NCBI GenBank assembly: GCA_026770705.1
Contig: JANJGN010000011.1
Coordinates: forward strand, 131,626,001 to 131,690,000
Length of the DNA: 64,000 bases
Reading direction: 5' to 3'
Origin: Isurus oxyrinchus
Lineage: Eukaryota
Below are positions 27,863 through 40,315 of the stretch, one piece after another (the first letter of the stretch is position 1; each line of letters begins with the position of its first letter). A program made the position numbers and the translations under genes. Under the pieces are notes generated by a model. It made no database searches. It was not told the origin of the DNA and worked only from the letters and a program-made list of their open reading frames with translations.

Positions 27863-30800
27863 TGTAGTAATCTGATGTGTAATATACCTTTAAGACAGGT
27901 GTTGTAATGTAAGATTACATAATCTTAATATCCAATAGGAGGGTAGCGCGGGCTATCTCTTTGGGAGAGTCTTGAGTTAGAAGAGTGAAGACAGAGTTTT
28001 GAGTTGTGAATACACTGATGTTCTCTGTTTCTGTACCAACTCGGTCACCCTGAAACAAGTGTGCAATCTAGATCCTTTAGCCCCAACAAACTAAGGGCAT
28101 TGGATACAACAAACTGATGACAAGAGTAAAAGCATGAGAAACCATGGAAAAATCGAGGTTACAAAGCAAGGAAGAGCAAAGAAAATCAGAAGAACCGAAA
28201 TCAGGCCGTACACTGCATGGTAGTTGTAAGTAAAAGACAATTCCCTTCTTGATCGTCAAAGCGATCCCCTCAAAGCATGCCTCAATTTGGAAGAATGGAG
28301 CCTTTCAATCCAACCTCAGACAACTGGTCTCAGTATGTTGAACGCCTTATGTTCTTCTTCCAGGTGACTGACATTGTGGGGGAGGAGAAGAGGCACACGA
28401 TCTTTCTGTCCAAGCGTGGGATTAATTCGAAACTTGTTGGTGCCCAGTGCTCCAGGCTCAAAGTTTTGATGACTTAGTGAACCTCATAAAGAATCATTAC
28501 CAGCTCAAGCCATAAGTGATGTTGCAATGGTTTAAATTTAATTCAAGAAATTGAACTGCGGGGGAGTTGCTTGTTATGTGGCACATCTGAAGCAATTAAC
28601 TGAATATTTGCAAGTTTGGTACATCTATCAATGCTATGCTTAGAGATCATTTGGTGTTCAGTATAAATGAAAATGCGATTCAGTAGAGATTACTAACTGA
28701 AACAAATTTAGATTTTCAGTAGGCATTGGAAATTGCTCTGGCAATGAAAGGTACAGTGCGAGACTCAGAAGCCATATGGGGAGTGCAAAATGGTGCCGTC
28801 GTCCACATTGGGCGGGAAGCCTGAGCCAAAAAGAGCACAGAAGTGCACAGCTTTACTCAGAAGCGGGAAGCAGCCACCGCTGACCGCAGACAAATTAAAA
28901 AAGGATAACTTAGCAGTAAGAACATGGCATAATAGTAACAGAGGTGGAAGCAGACAGCCCTGTAATGAAACACAGTTTAAAAAATAACGAATGTTTCTTC
29001 TGTCACCGGAATGGACATCTCATGAGACATTGTAAAAAAAAATCAGGCAGACTTTCAAACAAAAGCAAAAATCCAAAGAACTAAACAGCATTGAAAAGCA
29101 TGAAGTAATAGATTCTGATAACTATTTGTTATATGATTTAACGGTAGGAGGAACAGAAGCTATCTATATAACCATGAGAGTGAATGAGAAGCCTGTCAGA
29201 ATGGAGGTGGACACTGGAGCAGCCACTACGGTCTTTGTGAGCAAACTTTTAAAAACCTGAATCATGGGGAATGTAAGTTGAATTAAGGAGAAACTGATAG
29301 TGAATTAAAAACTTACACAGCAGAAGATATACAAGTCAAGGGTGTATGTAACGTCCAGTACATTATGGAGCTTAAACATTGAAATTACCCTTGATGTTAG
29401 TAGCAGGTGAGGGACCTAGTCTCCTTGGATGAAACTGACTGAAAGAGCTTAAATTTGAACAGACTGAAATCTTCCAGCTGAGAACTAACAGGCTACCAGA
29501 GCTACTACAAAAATATGCCTCAGTTTTCAAGGAAGAACTTGGAAAAATTGAAGGGCTACAAGCAAAAATTCATGTAGATCCAGAGGCAACACCAAGATTC
29601 ATGAAGGCAAGACCAGTATCTTATGCAATGAGGAGTAAGGTGGATGACAAACTGGACAGATTAGAAAAACTGGGAGTGATACAACCAGTGCAATTTTCAG
29701 AGTGGGCAGCTCCAATTGTACCTGTTCTCAAACCTGACCAAAGCATTTGAAAATGTGGGGACTACAAATTGACAGTCAATAAAGTGGCAAAATTGAATAG
29801 ACACCTCAGACCTAAAATTGAAGATTTATATGCTAAACTGGCTGGTGGAATGGCTTACACAAAGTTAGATATGAGCCATGCCTACCAACAATTGGAATTA
29901 GAGGAGGCATCCTGGAAGTTTGTCACTATAAATACACATATAGGTTTGTACCAATACATCCATTTACCTTTTGGCGTATCTTCAGCTTGCATCATATTCC
30001 AAAGAACCATGGAAAGTTTACTACAGGGACTGCCCCACGTTGTAGTTTATTTGGATGATGTTCTCATGACTGGACTCACTGAAAAGGAACATTTGATGAA
30101 CTTGGAAGAAGTTCTGAAATGTTTTTTACATTTTGGAGTGAGATTGAAAAAGTAAAAGTGCACATTCCAGGCAAAAGAGGTAACTTACCTAGGTCACAAG
30201 GTAGATTCACAAGGCCGATATGCAGCTGAAGAAAAAGTGAAAGCCATTAGAGAAGCACCAGCACCAAGGAATATATCCAAACTGAAATCATTCTTGGAGA
30301 TGATCAATTACTATGGACGCTTCTTGCCTAATTTGTTGACAGAACTGACACCACTGTAATACTTGCTCAAGAGAGACCACAGATGATCCTGGCAAACACC
30401 ACAAGAAGAAGCTTTCACAAAAGTGAAACAGCTGTTACAATCATCTACACTGCTAGTACATTTTGACCCCAAAAAAGAGTTGATATTAACGTGTGATACA
30501 TATCCCTGTGGAGTGGGAGCAGTGCTTTCCCACTGAATGGATGATGGATCTAAACAACCTATTGGTTATGTGCCGAGAACACTCAGTACTGCAGAGAAAA
30601 AGTACTCTCCAATTGAAAAAGAAGGTCTGGCAATCATTTTCAGTGTTAAGAAGTTTCATCAATATGTAAATGGTTGTCATTTTACTATCATAATAGACCA
30701 CAAGCCATTATTGGGATTATTCAGTGAAGGCAAGGCTATACCCCCTACAGCCTCAGCCAGAGTACAAAGATGGGCGTTGATCGTGGCAGCTTATAAGTAT

Positions 30801-32689
30801 ACATTTATTCATAGATCCAGAATTGCAAATGCAGATGGACTCAGTGATTTACCCTTGCAAAGTAAAAGATGAGGATATTCCAATTCCTCAAGAGTTTGAT
30901 TTTTTATTGAACTTCCTGGACACATCACCGATATGTGCAAAAGAAATTAAAGATTGGACAAACTGAGACCCATTCTTATCCAAAGTGAGAAATCAAGTTC
31001 TTCATGGTTGGTCACAAAAACAAGAATCTAGTGAAACAAAACCGTATTTCCAGAGAAGATATGAGATAACCAGCCAAAAAGGTATTTTATTATGGGGAGC
31101 TTGAATGATTGTTCCTCCAAAAGGACGAAAGCCACTGTTACCTGAATTTCAGCACACATCCCAGAATTTCCAAAATTAAGGCAATAGCACGTAGCTACAT
31201 GTGGTGGACCAGGAATGGATGGAGAAATAGAAAACTTAGTGAGAAGTTGTATGCAGTGCTAGCAAGTGCAAAAATTATCTGCAACAGCTCCATTACGCCC
31301 CTGGGAGTGGTCAGGAAGTCCATGGGTATGAGTACACATTGACTATGTGGGACCTTTTTATTGGAGCGATGTTTCTACTTATAGGTGCTCATTCATAATG
31401 GATGAACTTATACAAAGTGATGTCGCTCACATCTTCCGCTACAATAGACAAACTACAACAAAGTTTCGCAATCAATGGACTACCTGAAGTGGTCATATGA
31501 GACAATGGAACAGTATTTACGAGTGTTGAATTTAATTGATTTACAAGCCTCAACGGTATTATTCTTATCAAAACATCACCATACCACCCTTCTTCAAATG
31601 GACTCACCGAGAGAGCAGTTCAGATGTTCAAATATGGTATGAAGACATTACCTGGAGGTTCTATAGCAACTAAATTAGCACATTTTCTTTTCCATTATAG
31701 AACCACTCATCATACGACAACAGGTGTCACACCAGCGGAATTGTTGATGACTCACCATCTCCGATCGAGATTGAGCCTAATTATGCCAAACTTGGTTGGG
31801 GGTGGGGGGGGGGGGGGGGGGGGGCGTTGGGGAAGGTAGAAAGGAGGCAGGGAAGTCAGAAAATTGGATATGACTGTCACAGTCAGGACAGAACGTTTAA
31901 TGTAGGAGAGAAAGTATTTGTGAAAAATTTTAGAGAGGGATCAACATGGTTGTTCAGTGAAATAAGTGCAGTAACTCTTTCCTACCACTTAAAAGTTGAA
32001 GATTGAGTAATAAGGAGACATGTGGATCACGTGAGGAGAAACAAAGTACCCAAAAATGATTCTGCTAGTGTTCGTGACTGAATCAACATCTCCTGTTGAA
32101 AGGTCTCAACCGAGTATAAATGTGTTTGAAGGGCTGACTGTACCTGAAAGAGTCGAAGAAACAGATTTACAATTACCTACTGAAGAACCAGGTACTCAGA
32201 CGACTCCAATAAAGGAGGTTCCAAATCAGAATTCAGAAACTGTAGAGCTGAGACATTCTATATGGGTAAGGAAACCCCCAGAGAGATTGACTTTGTAAAT
32301 TATTGCTCTGTGTAAATAACTTGATATATTGTAAAAAATGTAAAATGTATTTTTCAGTAAAGGGGGAGGATTGTAGTAATCCTATGTGTAATATACCTTT
32401 AGGACAAGTATTGTAATGTATGATCAGATGATCTTAATACCCAATAGCAGAGTAGTGTGGGCTATCTCTGTGGGAGAGTCTTGAGTGAGACACCGAAGAG
32501 TGAAGTCAGAGTTTTGAGTTGTGAGCACAGAAGTGTATCTGCTGAGTTTCGTTTGTAAATAAACAGCATGTGTTTATTCTAATAATGATCTACTGATGCT
32601 CTCTTGTTTCTGTACCAACTTGGTCACTTGAAATAAACGTGCAACCTGGATCCTTTAGCCCCAACAAACCAAGGGCACTGGATCCAACA
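27863..32689 (+). mobile_element. Structurally complete, inactivated Gypsy/Ty3 retrotransposon
   Basis: 5' LTR 27863-28111, 3' LTR 32372-32689 (TG..CA), TSD ATACC/ATACT, PBS-like AACTGATGACAAG, PPT AAGGGGGAGGA. gag WSQYVERL plus CCHC, protease MEVDTGA, RT VVVYLDDV, RNase H, integrase; many stops and frameshifts. Confidence 0.96.
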
Positions 32690-33015
32690 ATACTTCACTA
32701 ATCTTGATAACATGCTGTATAAAAGCAAATTCTTTCTTTCGGACTCATTGGAGAAAGAAAGTGTTACATACCTCACTAATCATGGAATACCACAGATGTG
32801 GTATTTGTAGTACCACCATGCAGATCTCAAAGTTATTATATTTTACCAGTGCCACAAGACACTGGCTTTTGTAGCTCAATAAGAACAGACTGAGAACTAT
32901 GACAACAAGGTATCTTTTACATACACTGCTTATGAACAGGAGCCAGAACACAACCCCAGCCCTCCCAAGTCCTTTTATTGTGTAACGTGAGTTGTCATCA
33001 TTTAATGCAGACATT

Positions 33016-33056
33016 GTAACTCTTTTGAGTCAAAACAAATAAACTAAATTAGCAAA
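33016..33056 (-). mobile_element. 41-bp retroelement 3' terminus with 14-bp TSD
   Basis: TTAATGCAGACATT at 33002-33015 and 33057-33070; insert similar to 17293-17335. Confidence 0.75.
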
Positions 33057-33151
33057 TTAATGCAGACATTATAGGTGCACAGGAGCATACTTAAAATAAC
33101 AAGCAGCATTATGTCAGGCAGTCAGAGGATGGTGGCACTTTTTGGAACCAT

Positions 33152-33598
33152 GGGCAGGATTTTTACCTCGTCGGGCAGGCGTAGCAGGTGGCCCAGGAGC
33201 GGTCACGAACCGGACCGCCGCCCACGTTCGGGCCCTGACATCGATATCATGCTGGCTGGCCAATTAACGGCTAGCCAATGTGAAACGTATGCTACAATGC
33301 TGAGCACTTCCGGGGTGGGGGCGTGAGGTACAAAGCTGCCCCAAGCAGCTGAAGCTTTTTAAAATCAAAAATAAGAAATTTATAAATGTTGGAAACATGA
33401 ATTCAGTTAACACTTTAACGGCCTTAATAGGTCTGTTAATTGTCGGCAGGCGAGCTACTGACTTACACGCGCGCCTGCTGACTGTAATATCGCATGAGTA
33501 CACAATGAATTCGGGATGCTCACCCGACGTCATTGAGTGTCATCTTATGCTCGAGTGGGTAGGGCGTGCATCCAGCTGCTTAGTGAAAAATTCAGCCC
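33152..33598. mobile_element. Harbinger-type MITE
   Basis: GGGCAGGATTTT / AAAATTCAGCCC; TSD CAT/CGT. Confidence 0.85.
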
Positions 33599-34299
33599 CG
33601 TGTGAGGCAGGCCTTCAAGAAAACCTACCAAGGGACAATGCACCCCGCCCCCCCCACCACCACCCCGCATGCTCATTTATGGACATGATCAAATTTGTGC
33701 ATATTTTAGTGTTCTTCACAAAGATTAGTTTGTTGTTGTATCATATCTTCACACTCTACCCATGGAAAATAATGTGAAGTAGTGGAAGGATTCTTATATT
33801 AATAAACAGCTGGACAGGCCACAATATGATGGGTGTAACCATAATTTTATGCCATCCAGTAGATAGTGGTCTGTCCTATACTGCGCAAGGTTTTTACGGG
33901 CTCCCATACATTATGATGAGGAGGAAGTTATCCATTTTTATTGGATGTTTGATCTCAATCCAGCCTCCTGAGTCATTACTCTGATCTCCAGTTACCAGGA
34001 ATGGCGTTGCACTTTCTGACTCAGAGGCTGTAAAGGTACCACTAAGACAGCACTTACTCCACAAAAGTTAGAGGATAAGCATTTGTTGAAAGAAATATTG
34101 AAAGAAATGAGCTTTTGTAAATAAACATGGGAGGCTTTCCAAAATATAGACTTGGAAGATTTGTTGAAAAATGTATAAATCGATTTATATCAGCAGCTAG
34201 TTGGTTAATTAAAATAATAATTTAACAGCTTAATTGTGAGAGCTTAATGATAAATCTTTATTTCCTACAGTTCTATTCCGGTGACTCTACGATGACTCA

Positions 34300-37200
34300 C
34301 TGAAGTTAATGGGAATCAGGATGAAAACGTTGCACTGGAGCTGGAATCATACTTAGCCAAAAGGTAGATGGTTGTGGTTGTTGGAGACCAATCATCTCAT
34401 CCTCAGGATATTGCTGTATAACTTTATCAAGGCAGTGCCTTAGGCCCAAACATCTTCAGCTGCGTCATAAATGACCTACCTCCCATAATAAGGTGAGAAA
34501 TGAGGATGTTCACTTATGGTTGATCAGTTCCATTCGTAACTCTTCAGATAATGAAGCAATCTGTGCCTATGTGCAGCAAGACCTGGTCAATATTTAAGTT
34601 TGGGCTTATAAATGGCAAGTAGCGTTCAGGCCACACGTGTGCCAGGCAATGACAATCTCCAATAAGAGAGAGTCTAACTACCTTCCCATGACATTTGATG
34701 ACATTACCATTGCCCTACCCCATCAGCATTAAAAGATTGGTCACCATTGACCAGAAATTTGGCTGAACTAACCACATAAATTTGGGGAGGTGATGACGTA
34801 GTGGTATTGTTGCTGGACTAGTATTCCAGAGACTCAGGGTAATGCTCTGGGGACCTGGGTTTGAATTCAATAAAAAGTCTGGAATTAAAAGTCTAATTTT
34901 GACCATGAAACCATTGTCGAATTGATGTAAAAACAAATCTGGTTCACTAATGACCTTTAGGGAAGGAAATCGGCCATCCTCGACTGGTCCGGCCTACATG
35001 AGACTCCAGACCCACGGCAATGTGGTTGACTCTTAAATGCCCTCTGAAATGGCCTAGCAAGCCATTCAGTTGTATCAAACCACTTCAAAGACTCAAAAAA
35101 GGAATAAAATCAGGCGGACCACCCGGCATTGACCCAGGCACTGAAAACGACAACAGCAAACTCAGCCCTGTCGACGTTGCAAAGTCCTCCTTACTAACAT
35201 CTGGGGCCAATGCCAAAATTGGGAGAGCTGTCTCACAGACCAGTCAAGAAACAGCCTGATATAGTCATCCTCACGGAATCATACCTTACAGGTAATGTCC
35301 CAGACATCCCTATTCTTGGGTATGTCCAGTCCCACGGGCAAGACATATCTAGCAGAGGTGGTGGCACAGTGGTATACAGTCAGGAAGGAGTTACCCTGGG
35401 AGTCCTCAACATCAACTCTCTTGGCATCAGGTCAAACTTGGGCAAGGAAACATCCTGCTGATTACCATGTATCACCCTCCCTCAGCTGATGAGTCAGTGC
35501 TCCTCCATGTTGAACACCACTTGGGAGAAGCACTGATAGTGGCTAGGGCACAGAATGTACTCTGGGTGGGGGACTTCAATATCCATCACCAAGACTGGCT
35601 TGGTAGCACCACTACTGACTGAGCTGGCTGAGTCCTAAAGGACATAGCTGCTAGACTGGGTCTGTGGCAGGTGGTGAGGGAACCAACAAGAGGGAAAAAC
35701 AAACTTGACCTCATCCTCACCAACCTGCCTACTTCAGATGAATCCGTCCCTGACAGTATCAGAAGGAGTGACCACCACACAGTCGTTACGAAGCTGAAGT
35801 CCCGCCTTCACATTGAGGATACCCTTCATCATGTGTGGCACTACCACCATGCTAAATGGGATAGAATTCGAACAGACCTAGCAATTCAAGTCTGGGCATC
35901 CATGTGGTGCTGTGGACCATTAGCAGTAGCAGAATTGTACTGAAACACAACCCCTAACCTCATAGCCCAGCATATGCCCCACTTTACCATTACCTTCAAG
36001 CAAGGGGATCAACCCTGGTTCAATGAAGAGTGCAGGAGGGCATACCAGGAGCAGCACCAGGCATACCGAAAAATGAGGTGTCAACCTGGTGAATCTATAA
36101 CGCAGGACTACTTGCATGCCAAACAGCATGAGCAGCGAGTGATAGACAGAGCTAAGTGATCCCACAACCAACGCATCAGATCTAAGCTCTGCTGTCCTGC
36201 CATATCCAGTTGTGAATGGTGGTGGACAATTAAACAACTCACTGCAGGAGGAGGCTCCACAAATGTCCCCATCCTCAATGATGGGGGAGCCCAGCACATC
36301 AGTGCAAAATGTAAGGCTGAAGCATTTGCTACAACCTTCAGCCAGAAGTGCTGAGTGGATGATCCATCTCGGCCGCCTTCGAAAGTCGCCACCATCACAG
36401 ATGCCAGTCTTTAGCCAATTCGATTCACTCCACCTGATGTCAAGAAATAGCTAATGGCACTGGACCCTGCAAAGTCTATGGGCCCTGACAATATTCCAGC
36501 AATAAAACTGAAGACTTGTGCTCCAGAACTTACCAAGCCCTTAGCCAAGCTGTTCCAGTACAGCTGCAACACTGGCATCTACCCGGAAATGTGGAAAATT
36601 GCAGAGATATGCCCTGTACACAAAAAGCAGGACAAATCTAACCCAACCAACTACCACCCCATCAGTCTACTCTCGATCAACAGTAAAGTAATGGAAGGGG
36701 TCATCAACAGTGCTATCAAGCAGCACTTACTTAGCAATAACCTCATTGACGCCCAGTTTGGGTTCCGCCAGGGCCACTCAACTCCTGACCTTATTACAGT
36801 CTTGCTTCAAACATGGACAAAAGAGCTGAACTCCCGAGGTGAGGTGAGAGTGACGGCCCTTGACATCAAGGCCGCATTTGACTGAGTGAGATCAGGGAGC
36901 CCTCGCAAAACTGGAGTCAATGGGAATCAGGAGGAAAACACTCCACTGGTTAGAGTCATACCTAGCACAAAGGATATTGTTGTTGGAGGTCAGTCATCTC
37001 AGCTCTAGACATCACTGCAAGAGTTCCTCAGGATAGTGTCTGAGGCAAAACCATCTTCAGCTGCTCCGTCAATGACCTTCCTTCCATCATAAGGGCAGAA
37101 TTGGGGATGTTCTCTGATGATTGCACAATGTTCAGCACCATTTGTGACTCCTCAAAAGCTAAAGCAGCCCTTATGCAAATGCAGCAAGACCTGTACGATA

Positions 37201-38530
37201 TCCAGACTTGGGCTGACAAGTGGCAAGTAACAGTCACACCACACAAGTGCCAGGCAATGACTGTTTCCAACAACAGAGAATCTAACCATCACCTCTTGAT
37301 TTTCAATGGCATTACCATCACTGAATCCCCCACTATCAACATCCTGGGGGTTACCATTGACCAGAAACTGAACTGGGCTAGTCATATAAATACTGTGGCT
37401 ACAGCAGCAGGTCAGAGGCTAGGAATCCTGTGATGAGTAACTCACCTCCTGACTCCCCAAAACCTGCCCAACGTTTACAAGGCTCAAGTCAGGAGTGTGA
37501 TGGAATACGCCCCATTTGCCTGGATGAATGCAGCCCCCACAACACTCAAGCAGCTTGACACCATCCAGGGTAAAGCAGTCCACTTGAATGGCATCACATC
37601 CACAAACATTCATCCCCTCCACCACCGATGCATAGTGGCAGCATCTACAAGATGCACTGCAGGAATTCACCAACGCTCTTTAGGCAGCACCTTCCAAACC
37701 CATGACCACTGCCCTAGAAGGACAAGGGCAGCAGATAGCTGGGAACACCTGGAAGTTCCATCCAAGTCACTTACCATCCTGAATTGGAAATATATCGCCG
37801 TTCCTTCACTGTCACTGGTTAAAATCCTGGAACTCCATTCCTAACAGCAGTGTGGGTGTACCTACACCCAGGGACTGCAGCAGTTCAAGAAAGCTGCTCA
37901 CCACCACCTTCTCAAGGGCAACTAGGATGGGCAATAGATGCTGGCCCAGCCAGCGAAGCCCACATCCCCTGAATGAATAAAAAATATACTGTGGCTGCAA
38001 GATCAAATCAGGGGCTGCATATTTTGCAGTGAGTAACTCACTTCCCAACTACCTAATATAACCTTTCCACCATCTACAAGACACAAGTCTAGACTGTGAT
38101 GGAATACTTTCCACTTACCTGGATGAGTGCAACTCCAACTGTACCCTCTGTTGCCCAGCATCACAGGACAAAGCAGGCTGCTTGATTAGTACCCCATTCA
38201 TCACCTTAACAGTTTACTTCCTCCATCATTGGCACAAAGTGGCAACAGTGTGTACCATCTACAAGAAACACTGCAGCAACTCGCTAATGATTCTTCAACA
38301 ACACCTTCCAAACCCTCAGCCTCTACCACCTAAAACAACAAGAGCTACAGTCCATTGGAATACAACCACCTACAAGTTTCCCTCCCAAGTCACATTCCAT
38401 CCTGACTTGCAAATATATTGACATTCCTCCACCATCGCTGGGTCAAAAACCTGGAACTTCCTCCCAAACAGTACCTCATGGGTTGCAGCGGTTCAAAACG
38501 GCAGCTCACCACCACCTTCTCAAGGGCATT
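34300..38530 (+). mobile_element. Older Zenon-like CR1 3' half (34300-34783 and 37985-38530) split by a younger copy
   Basis: The two halves rejoin at ..CCACATAAAT|ACTGTGGCT.., compared with 37380-37400. Confidence 0.8.
34784..37984 (+). mobile_element. Apparently full-length ~3.2-kb SINE-headed CR1-clade (Zenon-like) LINE with a single decayed APE-RT ORF
   Basis: tRNA-like A box (34794-34804) and B box (34858-34868). APE: PDIVILTESYL, GDFN, PTRGKNKLDLILTN, SDHH. RT: ALDIKAAFD, FSDD. Tail CCCACATCCC..GAATAAAAAA. Confidence 0.92.
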
Positions 38531-40315
38531 TAGTGTGTGTGTGTATGTGTGTGTGTATTTCTCTAGCAAATGCAAATGAAGTAACTGTTAAATGAAAAAT
38601 GATGAGACAAGATTCATTTTCAGAAAATATGGGAGATAATTTAATATTGAATTGTTACCCTGTAGCTTTTAGCACAAGATTGTAAAAACTCAATAAAAAT
38701 GCTATCTGTCGCACAATGTTCCTTTAATCTGGTAATGTATATTTAAGGTGTATTGTCCTCATGAGAAATTGTTTGACAAACTTTTATCATTTATTTATGA
38801 AGACAAAATATGACAACATAAAGTGTAATGAATGCACAACTTCTTCTCATATTGTCAATGACATTGTGATGCATGATACTCTTCTCCCTCTCCTTGAACA
38901 GCTTTTATATTTTTTAGTGTATCAAGTTTTATTAATTCTTTAGGTTGAGACCATTAAATAAAATAATTATTCTGCTGTATAAACGTAGGCTGGTATTCAG
39001 TCCTACAAATATAACATCAGATTCACAAAACGTAGTACAAATGTTTAAATAAATTATTTACATTCCTTTTCAAACAAAAAAAAACAATTGTAATAGATAA
39101 ATTTCCCATTCTGTATGAACTCAGTATCCCCAACATAACTTCACATGTTCCCCCAAGTCTGTGGGAGGGGTATATGTGGTAAAATAAATATGCAGAAGGA
39201 AGCCTTCACTAGTAGCTTAGGATTTCCACATTTTAGCTCTGTAACCAAAGGACCTTCATCATTCTGTCTAGAACTGCTGGTAGAGCTTCACTGTTCTCAG
39301 GGTCTCTCTCCATTCATATCTTTGAGATTTCACTCACCCAGTAAACCATATGAGTAAAACTCATTAAACCTCTGTAGGTAGCTTTCAGTGGAAGCTGAAG
39401 AAAAATGTTTACTGTGTTTTGTCCAGAAATATGGTAGTACCACTGTGTGTCAGCTCTCTCACCTCTAAACCTGTAGATGCGCGCTGAAAAATGTCAATAA
39501 CCTAATGAAGGCACTCACCATATCATATCAGATACTCTTTTGTTTCTTCAACGGGTACAAAACACTGTTCCCTCTCTAAAGTGACTATTCACACTGCAAA
39601 AAGGCTAAAGCCGGGCAGTCGCTTTGTGTCCAACAGTATGTGTCAATATTTCCACTAATGGTAATTACTTGCATGCAGAGATTTCCAAGCTCTTACTCCA
39701 TTTTAACAGGATGATAACATCACATCTTTTACTTCAGCTGTTTCATGCCACCTCATAGACACTCCTCAGCTGTTAACTTGGTTGCAAGAGAAATTATGCA
39801 GAGCTCCTGTGACAGACAGGAAACCAGAAGGAGCCTTTGAGAAATCAAATGACGGGCTTTCTTTGAGGAGCAGGCCATGAAACTGCTAAAGAGACACCTA
39901 CTCCAGTTATTGGAGATTTTGAGATTCTTGGACAAATTGAGATGGCAGGTCACCTTCAAAACTATCATGGCATCCCTGTGAAGCGGTACAAGCTTCCTTT
40001 TCTGCCCCTTAATCTAAAGTTACACATTTTTAATTTTTACCTGATTTCCTGGTTTGGTCTGAAGGTTGGCCTCAGATCTCTCAAAGTATTGGAAGTGTTG
40101 CTTCAGTAAGCCCCTGATGTACTTAATAATGGATCTGGTGCAGGCTTGTGGACCAGTGGTTGTCTTGAATGTAGGTAAGCAGCAAAGGAGTCATAAGTAA
40201 GTCAGCATAATGTAATGCCTCCTTGGTTTCCCAGAAACCAACATTTCATTTGCTGGGTATCCATAAATAATGGTGAATAGTGGACAATCATATAAAATAA
40301 ATCACAGTGACATGT

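Noticed and set aside
34784-34870. tRNA gene-like A/B boxes (also near 22040, 42570, 56225)
   Set aside because: These are SINE heads continuous with repeat bodies, with no complete cloverleaf.
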